Origin: Chthonomonadales bacterium
GTDB taxonomy: Bacteria; Armatimonadota; Chthonomonadetes; Chthonomonadales; CAJBBX01
Assembly: GCA_037443035.1 (NCBI GenBank)
Contig: JBBIPC010000007.1
Span: forward strand, 72,876 to 136,875
Direction of reading: 5' to 3'
DNA: 64,000 bases
The notes under the pieces are model-generated. The model made no database searches and was not told the origin of the DNA. It saw nothing but the letters and a program-made list of their open reading frames with translations. Every line of letters begins with the position of its first letter. Within the stretch, counting starts at the first letter, position 1. Both the position numbers and the translations under genes were made by a program. This document shows positions 56,642 to 64,000 of the stretch, piece by piece.

Positions 56642-57556
56642 CTAGCGTGCGAACATGTTCGGCCCCTGGCGGAGCACTCGCGGAATGTCCATCTTCCGCG
56701 CGGTACCTGCCAGGGATATGGCTATGACCGACCCGCTGTTGGCTGTCGCTTGATGCCATGTGCAGTAGGTCAGCAGGGTCGTGTCGGCCGGCGGGTTCGC
56801 GTACTTCAACTGGTTCGGCAAGTCATCGAGGCCTTTGACCCCCGTCCAGTCTGGGCTGTAATGGCGGTCATAGACTAGGATGCCACCCGGCTTGGTCACA
56901 GGATTCCCATTCGGTCCGATGCGCGGCCCGATATCGTACGAGTCCCACGTATAGAAGTACCGCGGCTGGAGATAGGCACCACCTGCGCATGGATCCGCGG
57001 GGCTTATCTCCCAATAGCAGTCTACCGTGCCATATTCGTCCGAGGGGCATCCCTTGGAGCGCAGGAAATCCCCGATCCACGCTGCATCCCAGTAGTACGG
57101 CTGGCTGGGATCCGCAGTCTGCGTATTCGGGTAATAGGCCACCGTCACCGACGTCAGATCATCGCTTAGAGCATCCGGACAATGGAAGGTGGCCGTGTCT
57201 TTCACCTGCTCCCGGTACAGGAAGCCGTTGATCAGCTCGTTGGCGGGCACGACCGCGCCCGCGCCAGTGTACGGCACGTGGCGGGGGATACTCGGGTCCG
57301 CCACGCAGCCGGGGTCGGTCGAAGCCGATTCTGCGTATCCTAACAGCGCCGGCGGGTAGCCCCCTTCGTCCTCATTGTAGATCCGGGCCGCGACGTACAT
57401 CTGGTGAAGCTTCGTCTGGCAGTCAGCAGCCCGCGCTTGCTCCCGCACGGTGCCCGCCAGCGGGAAAATGATGGCGGCCAGCACCGAGATGATCGCGATC
57501 ACCGTGAGAAGCTCGATAAGCGTGAAGCCGACCTCACGCGAACGTATCATCTTCAT
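56642..57556 (-). CDS. Prepilin-type N-terminal cleavage/methylation protein (304 aa), GspG/PulG-like N-terminus; candidate major pilin or FimU/GspH-like
   Basis: ORF 56642..57625; ATG at 57556. N-terminus: MKMIRSREVG|FTLIELLTVIAIISVLAAIIFPLAGTVREQARAADCQTKLHQ. Confidence 0.8.
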   Translation of the reverse strand: MKMIRSREVGFTLIELLTVIAIISVLAAIIFPLAGTVREQARAADCQTKLHQMYVAARIYNEDEGGYPPALLGYAESASTDPGCVADPSIPRHVPYTGAGAVVPANELINGFLYREQVKDTATFHCPDALSDDLTSVTVAYYPNTQTADPSQPYYWDAAWIGDFLRSKGCPSDEYGTVDCYWEISPADPCAGGAYLQPRYFYTWDSYDIGPRIGPNGNPVTKPGGILVYDRHYSPDWTGVKGLDDLPNQLKYANPPADTTLLTYCTWHQATANSGSVIAISLAGTARKMDIPRVLRQGPNMFAR

Positions 57557-57702
57557 GTCCCTTTCACCCCCGTGCGGCCCTTCGGGCGCCGCATGGCCGT
57601 TTGTCCTGTGCCCTTTTCGGAGCACAGTCTCTTCGATTCTTCGGTACGACGACGTTCAGCCGTCCTATGTTCCCGCGCGCCAGCGCTCGGCGTCGCTCGA
57701 CG

Positions 57703-58755
57703 CTATGTGCCTCCGGCGAAGCCTGCCCATTGGAGGTACCAATCAATGGCCCTCTGGCCCGCCACGATGGCAGCGAAGGCGCCGATGACCATGAACGGCC
57801 CGAACGGTACCTGCGTAGGCATGGGCACGAACTCCTCCCCATTCTCTTCCTCTGGTAGTTGCCGTTCCCACCACTGCACGAATCGCCTTGCCCAGCCGAG
57901 CCTCAGGGCGTAGCCACCCTCGATGATCAGGTCCGCGAAGGTGAGGTAGAGCACACTCGCCAGAGCGAAGAGGCTCCATGGTGTCGGCGGCGGTGCATGC
58001 ATCGCTCCACCCTCCTCCGCCTCCTGGAGACCCTCAGCACGCCTGCGATGCCCCCGGATGATGCAGACCGCACCGCCGATGACGGCACCCGCACCGATGG
58101 CGAAGAGAAACGACACCATTGCCAGCGGCAGCGGCAGCATGGCTCCGATGGCTCTAGCCAGCTTCACGTCGCCATCGCCCATGGCGTCTTTGCGGAAAAG
58201 GGCGAGTCCCAGCGCCTGGATACCCACGAAAATGGCTGCGCACACCATGGCTCCCATGACCGACCGTGGCAGCCAGCCCCAGATCAGGCTGCGCCCTGGC
58301 TCCCCGGCGGCGATGCCCCATGCATCACGTCCTAGCCCCGCCAGCAGTGCCACTGTGTTGACACCGTCGGGGATGATGTAATGCTCCACATCGATGCCGA
58401 ATGCCGCAACCAGTGCCGCAGCGAAGACGCAGAGGGCGATCCCGTCCGCGGTGGCGCCGTACTGCCAGACGAGACCACCAAAGATGGCGGCGGTGATCAG
58501 CTCGACCCAGAAATAGCGCCAGGCGATGGGTCCTTTGCACGTCCGACACCGTGCGCGGAGGACGAGGAAGCTCACCATGGGGATGTTCTCGAACCAGGCG
58601 AGCGGCCGGTTGCAGTGAGGACAGTGGGAGCCCGGATTGATAACGGACTCCCCTCGCGGGACGCGCCAGATGACGACGTTCAAGAAGCTGCCGACAACGG
58701 CTCCTGTGGCGAAAGCCACGGCTACCCACACGGGGTCCGTGGGGCCAGGCAGCAC
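57703..58755 (-). CDS. pilD: Prepilin peptidase / N-methyltransferase (A24 family) with an internal insertion
   Basis: GTG start at 58755. Zn-finger-like CPHCNRPL...CRTCKGPI; first Asp motif GIDVEHYIIPD; second Asp motif AMGDGDVKLARAIG; C-terminal VPFGPFMVIGA. About 80 extra residues between the second Asp motif and PFGPF. Confidence 0.88.
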   Translation of the reverse strand: MLPGPTDPVWVAVAFATGAVVGSFLNVVIWRVPRGESVINPGSHCPHCNRPLAWFENIPMVSFLVLRARCRTCKGPIAWRYFWVELITAAIFGGLVWQYGATADGIALCVFAAALVAAFGIDVEHYIIPDGVNTVALLAGLGRDAWGIAAGEPGRSLIWGWLPRSVMGAMVCAAIFVGIQALGLALFRKDAMGDGDVKLARAIGAMLPLPLAMVSFLFAIGAGAVIGGAVCIIRGHRRRAEGLQEAEEGGAMHAPPPTPWSLFALASVLYLTFADLIIEGGYALRLGWARRFVQWWERQLPEEENGEEFVPMPTQVPFGPFMVIGAFAAIVAGQRAIDWYLQWAGFAGGT

Positions 58756-58775
58756 GCGTAGACCCTACATGCGCC

Positions 58776-58805
58776 GTTCGGCGCCCGTAGATACGGACGC
58801 CGAAC
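58776..58805 (-). other. Strong imperfect palindrome/hairpin between pilC and pilD
   Basis: gttcggcgcccgtagatacggacgccgaac has an 8-bp outer stem (gttcggcg/cgccgaac) and a 5-bp inner stem (ccgta/tacgg). No U-tract. Confidence 0.5.
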
Positions 58806-58840
58806 GAGAGTATGGCCCGGCGCTGAAAGCCACTGCGCGC

Positions 58841-60091
58841 TTATTCCATCTCACCCGCGCCCCTGGTGCTATCACCGGCACCGGACGTCAGGTTCTGAAT
58901 CACCGAGATCAGCGGCATGAACATGGCGATGACGATGAAGCCTACGCAGAAGCCCAGCACGACGATGAGCACGGGCTCGATGGCCGAGGTCAGGCTCTGG
59001 AGCGTTGCCTCGACCTCTTGCTCGTAGAACTCCGCAATCTTCGTCAGCATGGAGTCCAGAGCACCAGACTCCTCCCCAATGGAGATCATGTGGACCACCA
59101 TGGGTGGGAACATGCGGCTCTTCTCCAGCGGGTCGTTGATCCGGTCGCCCTCCCGTATTCGGGCACGGGCCTGCATGATCGCCTCAGCGATAATCCCGTT
59201 GCCCACCGTGCCTGCCACTGTTTCCATAGCCTGGAGAATGGGCACGCCGGACACGAGCAGAGTGCCAAGCGTTCGCGCGAAGCGTGCGAGCGTGATCTTG
59301 TGATGGAGCTTGCCGAAGACCGGTACCTTCAGTTTGATCCGGTCTATGACTCGCCTACCCACTCGGGTCGTGCCGAAGTACTTGATGGCCAGGTAGGTGA
59401 CGATGATGATGAGCAGCCCCATCCACCAGCGGCTCTTCAGGAAGTCACTGAAATCCACCAAGAGCTGCGTCATCCAGGGAAGCTCCTTGACGCCAAGGTC
59501 GCGGAACAGTTCGATGAACTTGGGCACGATGAACGTCGTCAGTCCTACCACGATACCGACGGCAACCACGACGACGATCACAGGATAGGTCATGGCTGCT
59601 TTCACCTTGCGGCGAAGCTCCATGTCCTTCTCCAAGAAGCCCGACAGTCTCTGGAGCGCCTCCTCCAGCACACCACCGACCTCCCCTGCTCGGACCAGAC
59701 CGATGAACAGGTTGTTGAAGGTCTTGGGGTACTTGGACATGGCCTTGGATAGTGTGTTACCCGCTTCGACCTCCTGCTGAAGGTCCAGGATGATCCGCTT
59801 CAGCTTGGGGTTCTGGGTCTGTTCGCCAAGCACGTCGAGAGCGCGCACCAACGATACACCGGCGTCTATCATCGTCGAGAACTGCCGGCAGAAGACCGAC
59901 AGGTCCCCCAGCTTGACGCGGCCCCATCCGCCACCCGGCTTCCTCCGGCCTGCGGCGGTCTGCGTAATATCCGCGACAGTGAAGCCCTGCTCCTGCAGCC
60001 GTCGCCGCAGTACTTCGGCGTTATCCGCCTCGGACGTGCCTGTGCGCGTCTGTCCTGAGGCATCTCGCACTGTGTAGCTGAACGTTGCCAT
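58841..60091 (-). CDS. pilC: Type IV pilus platform protein PilC (GspF family)
   Basis: 416 aa with duplicated GspF domains (LSVFCRQFSTMIDAGVSLVRAL...; LARFARTLGTLLVSGVPILQAM...) and three TM segments. Confidence 0.92.
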   Translation of the reverse strand: MATFSYTVRDASGQTRTGTSEADNAEVLRRRLQEQGFTVADITQTAAGRRKPGGGWGRVKLGDLSVFCRQFSTMIDAGVSLVRALDVLGEQTQNPKLKRIILDLQQEVEAGNTLSKAMSKYPKTFNNLFIGLVRAGEVGGVLEEALQRLSGFLEKDMELRRKVKAAMTYPVIVVVVAVGIVVGLTTFIVPKFIELFRDLGVKELPWMTQLLVDFSDFLKSRWWMGLLIIIVTYLAIKYFGTTRVGRRVIDRIKLKVPVFGKLHHKITLARFARTLGTLLVSGVPILQAMETVAGTVGNGIIAEAIMQARARIREGDRINDPLEKSRMFPPMVVHMISIGEESGALDSMLTKIAEFYEQEVEATLQSLTSAIEPVLIVVLGFCVGFIVIAMFMPLISVIQNLTSGAGDSTRGAGEME

Positions 60092-60105
60092 ATCGGTATC
60101 CTCCT

Positions 60106-60124
60106 GGCAGGCCGTGTGCCTGCC
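60106..60124 (-). other. Hairpin abutting the pilC Shine-Dalgarno sequence
   Basis: The minus RNA reads GGCAGGC-acacg-GCCTGCC immediately followed by AGGAGG, 8 nt, then ATG(60091). Confidence 0.4.
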
Positions 60125-60133
60125 TCGTCGGCC

Positions 60134-61375
60134 TTAGACCGGTCTGGTGCCAACTGCCCCCGGAGGTGCCATGGTCGCCGTACGGATCATCTTCTCCAGT
60201 TCCGGCGGGTTCATGGCGCGCTCCATGGCTATCTCGTACGTGATGAGTCCGCGCAGATAGAGATCGCGCAGGCTCTGGTCCATGGTCTGCATGCCAAGAT
60301 TGGCGCTCGTCTGGATCATGGAGGTGATCTGGTGCGCCTTGTTTTCGCGGATCAGGTTGCGGATGGCCGGGCTAGCCGTCATGATCTCCATGGCGCAGAT
60401 ACGACCCGGCTGGTTGGCTCGCGGGAGCAACTGCTGGCAGAGGATGGCCTGGAGGTTGTTGGAAAGCTGCAATCGCACTTGCTCCTGCTGTCCAGGCGGG
60501 AAGGAGTCCACGATGCGTTCCACCGATGTCGCCGCACTGTTCGTATGCAACGTGGCAAAGACCAGGTGGCCCGTCTCCGCTGCCGAAACCGCCATCTGCA
60601 TGGTTTCCAGGTCGCGCATTTCGCCCACGAGGATCACATCCGGATCTTCGCGCAAGGCAGCGCGCAGCGCATTTGCGAACGCCAGCGTATCGCCTCCCAC
60701 CTCGCGCTGATTGATGATGCTGAACTTGTGCGTATGCAGATACTCGATGGGGTCCTCGATAGTCAGGATGTGCACACTCCGCTCGTTGTTGATCTGGTTG
60801 ATCATGGCAGCAAGAGTGGTGGACTTACCAGACCCTGTGGGGCCTGTGACGAGAATTAGGCCACGCGGCAGGCGAGTTAGTTCCTCGAGGACCGGTGGTA
60901 GGCTCAGGTCACGCAGTGTCGGGATTCGGGAAGGTATGACGCGGAACGCGCTGGCAACGTTGCCTCTGTCTCGATAAACGTTCACGCGGAAGCGGGAAAG
61001 CCGAGCCAGCGAATACGAGAAGTCCAGTTCGAAGGTTGTCTCGAAGCGCTGGATCTGATCGTCGGTGAGAATGTCATAGACGAGGCGCTGCGATTCCTGC
61101 GGCGTTACTTTCTCATAGTTGGTGGGCAATAGCTGACCGTCCACGCGGATGATGGGCGGCACACCGACGGACAGGTGCAGATCCGACCCGCCCTTCTCTA
61201 CAACGATCCGCAAGAGGTCATCTACATGGGCGTCCTCCAGTGGTCGTGGACGCGCGGCAGCGGCCGTAGCCGTCGCCGTACCGGCCGGCTGCGGCGCTGG
61301 CTGTGGTAGTGGTATAGTTTGCTCAGACAATCCGACCTTCCTTGCCTCATGCGCTCCGTTAACAGCGGCGCGCAT
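60134..61375 (-). CDS. pilT: Twitching-motility retraction ATPase PilT with a Pro/Ala-rich N-terminal extension
   Basis: Motifs: GGSDLHL, GPTGSGKSTTLAAMI (Walker A), ILTIEDPIE, ILVGEMRD, TGHLVFATLHTN, AIRNLIRE. The ATG at 61375 lacks an SD. The TTG at 61330 has AGGAAGG upstream, so the start is uncertain. Confidence 0.9.
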   Translation of the reverse strand: MRAAVNGAHEARKVGLSEQTIPLPQPAPQPAGTATATAAAARPRPLEDAHVDDLLRIVVEKGGSDLHLSVGVPPIIRVDGQLLPTNYEKVTPQESQRLVYDILTDDQIQRFETTFELDFSYSLARLSRFRVNVYRDRGNVASAFRVIPSRIPTLRDLSLPPVLEELTRLPRGLILVTGPTGSGKSTTLAAMINQINNERSVHILTIEDPIEYLHTHKFSIINQREVGGDTLAFANALRAALREDPDVILVGEMRDLETMQMAVSAAETGHLVFATLHTNSAATSVERIVDSFPPGQQEQVRLQLSNNLQAILCQQLLPRANQPGRICAMEIMTASPAIRNLIRENKAHQITSMIQTSANLGMQTMDQSLRDLYLRGLITYEIAMERAMNPPELEKMIRTATMAPPGAVGTRPV

Positions 61376-61481
61376 GCATAGTCTTCTGAGAGTTTCTCGC
61401 TAAACCATTGTCATTACTACACGTCACCCTGGCACTTGTTTCCCTGGATACGACGCCTCCGGCGATCCCATCGGGCCCGTC

Positions 61482-63272
61482 TCAGTCTACGCCAGCGGTG
61501 AATACGACGCGGCGCACTTCCTCAGGGGTCGTTATGCCTTCCAGGACTTTCAGCAGACCGTCCTCGCGCAGCTCCAGCATACCGTTGGCCTTGGCCGCAT
61601 CTCGGATATCGGCCAACGGAGCACGCCGCACGACTAGTTCAGCGATCTCGTCGTTCATGCGTAGTAACGAGTAGATCCCTAGTCGTCCTCGATAGCCGGT
61701 GTGACGGCACTGCTCGCAGCCCCGTCCACGCCACAGCGTGATCTTCTGGTCTGGGTTCTCGGGCTTGAAGCCGAAGCGTCGTAGGTACGCCGCTTCCTCT
61801 TCGTACGGCTCCTTGCAGTTCTGGCAGACCTTTCGTGCCAGGCGCTGGGCCAGAACGCCAATAACCGTTGCGGAGATGAGGTACGGCTCCACACCCATAT
61901 CGATCATACGAATGACCGCTGATGGCGCGTCGTTCGTGTGAAGGGTCGAGAGGACAAGGTGCCCCGTCAGAGCGGACTCGATAGCGATTTCCGCCGTCTC
62001 CAGGTCGCGCATTTCGCCGACCATGATGATGTCAGGGTCTTGCCGCAGGAAGGACCGGAGCGCGTTACTGAACGTAAGTCCTGCCTTCCTGTTCACCTGC
62101 ACCTGCGTAATACCCGGCAACTGGTACTCGATAGGGTCTTCGATGGTCAGGATGTTGACTTCTACGGAGTTCAGCTTGTGGAGGACGCTGTATTGCGTTG
62201 TCGTCTTGCCCGATCCGGTCGGCCCCGTGGACAGCACCATGCCCTGGGGCTGGCTCACCAGCTCTTCTAGTTGTGCCTGGGTCTCGGGAGAGAACCCGAG
62301 CTTGTTGAGGCCAATGAGAACGCTGCTCTTATCGAGAATACGACAGACGATCTTCTCGCCATGGGCGTTGGGCAGACACGACACGCGTAGGTCGTAGTCC
62401 TTACCCTGATAGGTAATGGGGATACGCCCGTCCTGGGGTACGCGCCGCTCGGCGATGTTCATTTCGGCCATGATCTTGAAACGGGAAATGAGCGGCGGCT
62501 GGATGTACTTCGGCATGGTCATGGTCTCGTGGAGAACGCCGTCCACCCTGTAGCGGATTCTGACGCCGCGCCGCTGTGGCTCGATATGGATGTCCGACGC
62601 ATCTTCCTTGATCGCCTGCTGGATCAGAGCGTTGGCCACCCGGATAACGGGAGCCTCATCAGCCATGGCGACCGCAGCTTCTTCATCCTCATCCACGGCC
62701 ATATCGCCGGACGAACCGATCTTTGCTGTGTTCTCCCTGATCTCCGCGTAAAGATCCGACATCCGACTGACTGCTGTCGGCCCCGAGACCGGTGCCGGGG
62801 TCTGATCGCCTCCCTGAGCAGCCGCCTGCGTCTGAGATCCGTACGCCCGGTTGATGGCATCTTCGATCGCCGTTGCCGACGCCAGGGCCGCCTTGATCGT
62901 GCATCGAGATACCAGGCGCAGATCGTCGGCCGCGTAGGGGTTATTGACGTCCGCCATGGCGACGATGAGCGTGTTCGTCGCCGAATCCTTCTTCACCGGA
63001 ATGACATTGTGACGCCGGGCAATGTGCTCGGGCACCAGGTTCACGGCGCTCGGTTCAGGAGCGAACTTGCCGAGATCCACGAAGGGAATGTTCAGCTCCT
63101 GGGCTCGCGCTTCGGCCACATCGCGCTCCGAGACGAGACCTTGTTCGATGAGAATCTTCCCTAGGTCCGCCCGAGACTGCCTCTGCGCCTCACGTGCCTG
63201 CTGGAGTTGTTCGGGCGTGATGAGCCCCTTCTCCACCAGGTAATCGCCCATGCTCTTCCGTGCTATCGCCAT
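61482..63272 (-). CDS. pilB: Type IV pilus extension ATPase PilB (GspE family) with an N-terminal MshEN/T2SSE_N domain
   Basis: ORF 61482..63368; ATG at 63272 (MAIARKSMGDYLVEKGLITPEQL...). Motifs: GPTGSGKTTT, ILTIEDPIE, IMVGEMRD, TGHLVLSTLHTN. Tetracysteine motif: CQNCKEPY...CEQCRHTGYRGR. Confidence 0.92.
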   Translation of the reverse strand: MAIARKSMGDYLVEKGLITPEQLQQAREAQRQSRADLGKILIEQGLVSERDVAEARAQELNIPFVDLGKFAPEPSAVNLVPEHIARRHNVIPVKKDSATNTLIVAMADVNNPYAADDLRLVSRCTIKAALASATAIEDAINRAYGSQTQAAAQGGDQTPAPVSGPTAVSRMSDLYAEIRENTAKIGSSGDMAVDEDEEAAVAMADEAPVIRVANALIQQAIKEDASDIHIEPQRRGVRIRYRVDGVLHETMTMPKYIQPPLISRFKIMAEMNIAERRVPQDGRIPITYQGKDYDLRVSCLPNAHGEKIVCRILDKSSVLIGLNKLGFSPETQAQLEELVSQPQGMVLSTGPTGSGKTTTQYSVLHKLNSVEVNILTIEDPIEYQLPGITQVQVNRKAGLTFSNALRSFLRQDPDIIMVGEMRDLETAEIAIESALTGHLVLSTLHTNDAPSAVIRMIDMGVEPYLISATVIGVLAQRLARKVCQNCKEPYEEEAAYLRRFGFKPENPDQKITLWRGRGCEQCRHTGYRGRLGIYSLLRMNDEIAELVVRRAPLADIRDAAKANGMLELREDGLLKVLEGITTPEEVRRVVFTAGVD

Positions 63273-63348
63273 TGTGATCCACCTGACCTCTTTCGATCGC
63301 GCGCCGGCGCATCCGATATCCTCAGGCGCTCTACGGAGTGCGAATCTC

Positions 63349-63370
63349 CCGTGTCCCAACGAGGACACGG
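63349..63370 (-). other. 5'-UTR hairpin of pilB
   Basis: CCGTGTCC (63349-63356) and GGACACGG (63363-63370) form a perfect 8-bp stem with a 6-nt loop. It starts within about 10 nt of the predicted transcription start site. Confidence 0.45.
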
Positions 63371-63379
63371 ACTCTCTCG

Positions 63380-63408
63380 ATTATATCACACCCACCTCAG
63401 TGCCGCAA
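63380..63408 (-). promoter_or_regulatory. Sigma70-type promoter with extended -10 upstream of pilB
   Basis: Minus strand: TTGCGG (63408-63403), 17 nt, TGaTATAAT (63388-63380). It sits in the 154-nt gap after the aroE stop. Confidence 0.55.
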
Positions 63409-63426
63409 CCGCTGTCGCCCACCGAT

Positions 63427-64000
63427 TCATGTCCCGTTGCCAGCACTCAGGGCTGCCTCTACCGCCGCTGCCATTGCGTTCACATCGGGCTCCTCCTGAA
63501 ACCAAATCCGGTACGATGCCGCGCCCTGATGCACGAGCATGGGTACGCCGTTCATGGTCCGACATCCTGCGCGGCGTGCCTCTGCCAGAAACTTCGTCTC
63601 CGGTGGACGGTAGACCAAGTCCACCACGAGCATCGTGGACCGCAGAGAGGTCAACCGGACCGGTGGCATGCTTCCCTCGCGCGGGGTCATCCCAGCAGAC
63701 GTTGCGTTCACCACAACAGCGGCGTCCTCGAGCGCAGCGATCTCCTCCGGCGACCCAGGTACTGCTACCGTAAGATGGCCAGGTCGCAACAGGCTGGAGC
63801 CCACCCATTCCACCAGTTCTTCGGCCCGCTGCATGGTGCGGTTGACGACCGTCACTTGCCCACCAGCCCTCAGAGCCGCGTAAACGACGGCCCTTGCTGC
63901 ACCGCCGGCACCGTAGACTACCGTTCGAACACCAGACAGGTCGGCACCGGCTTGTTTGACGGCCGCGGAGAACCCTTCGACATCCGTGTTATAACCAATC
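63427..64000 (-). CDS. aroE: Shikimate dehydrogenase, N-terminus beyond the right window edge
   Basis: The track ORF 63427..63855 starts at an internal GTG. The frame stays open to base 64000, and I translated GYNTDVEGFSAAVKQAG...VVYGAGGAARAVVYAL...VTVVNRT...VVNATSAGM. Confidence 0.85.
   Translation of the reverse strand, partial: IGYNTDVEGFSAAVKQAGADLSGVRTVVYGAGGAARAVVYAALRAGGQVTVVNRTMQRAEELVEWVGSSLLRPGHLTVAVPGSPEEIAALEDAAVVVNATSAGMTPREGSMPPVRLTSLRSTMLVVDLVYRPPETKFLAEARRAGCRTMNGVPMLVHQGAASYRIWFQEEPDVNAMAAAVEAALSAGNGT

Noticed and set aside
28981-63368. T4P locus as a mobile genomic island
   Set aside because: No integrase, transposase, tRNA or flanking direct repeats were seen. The pilQ-aro adjacency is an ancient conserved synteny. 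Base composition was not computed.

Overview
Visibly GC-rich bacterial chromosomal window; nothing was computed and all calls come from reading the sequence and the ORF track. There are about 45 genes, and all but two are on the minus strand. No rRNA, tRNA, CRISPR array, transposase or integrase was seen.

Gene content from left to right:
(1) 1-4.2 kb: a divergent pair of secreted glycan-active genes. The left one is cut by the window edge and is missing from the ORF track.
(2) 4.3-14.8 kb: a nine-gene membrane-bound group-4 [NiFe]-hydrogenase operon. It resembles formate hydrogenlyase (FHL) but carries an AsrA/AsrB (HydB/HydG)-type NAD(P)H module and an FdhF-like subunit that lacks the catalytic Sec/Cys-His-Arg residues. 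A stand-alone cNMP-binding gene sits just upstream.
(3) 15-28.9 kb: housekeeping genes. These are a LOG-family gene, a DUF4838-like gene, lepA, yjbQ-like, a large polytopic membrane protein, rpe, a PASTA Ser/Thr kinase, and aroB-aroK-aroC.
(4) 29-63.4 kb: a complete co-directional type IV pilus (T4P) locus lying between aroE and aroC-aroK-aroB. Gene order is pilB-pilT-pilC-pilD, four prepilin-like genes, two giant secreted beta-propeller proteins, pilM-pilN-pilO, a PilP-like gene, an N0-domain protein, and pilQ.

Most unusual features:
- The minor-pilin/tip module is greatly enlarged: prepilin-like proteins of 304, 630, 687 and 1007 aa, plus giants of 1688 and 2797 aa in the PilY1 position. 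Each giant carries a 9-residue EF-hand-like loop.
- Every periplasmic or outer-membrane T4P component (PilN, PilO, the PilP-like protein, the N0 protein and the PilQ secretin) carries a long Gly-rich low-complexity segment.
- A Gly-rich reading frame continues in frame past two stop codons downstream of the N0-protein gene.
- The hydrogenase operon has a chimeric architecture reminiscent of complex I.

Several near-consensus sigma70-type promoters and intercistronic hairpins are visible. The taxon cannot be determined here. The gene content (PASTA kinase, Clostridial-style pil gene order plus a secretin, many prepilin-like proteins) is compatible with a diderm Terrabacteria lineage such as Armatimonadota, but that is a guess.
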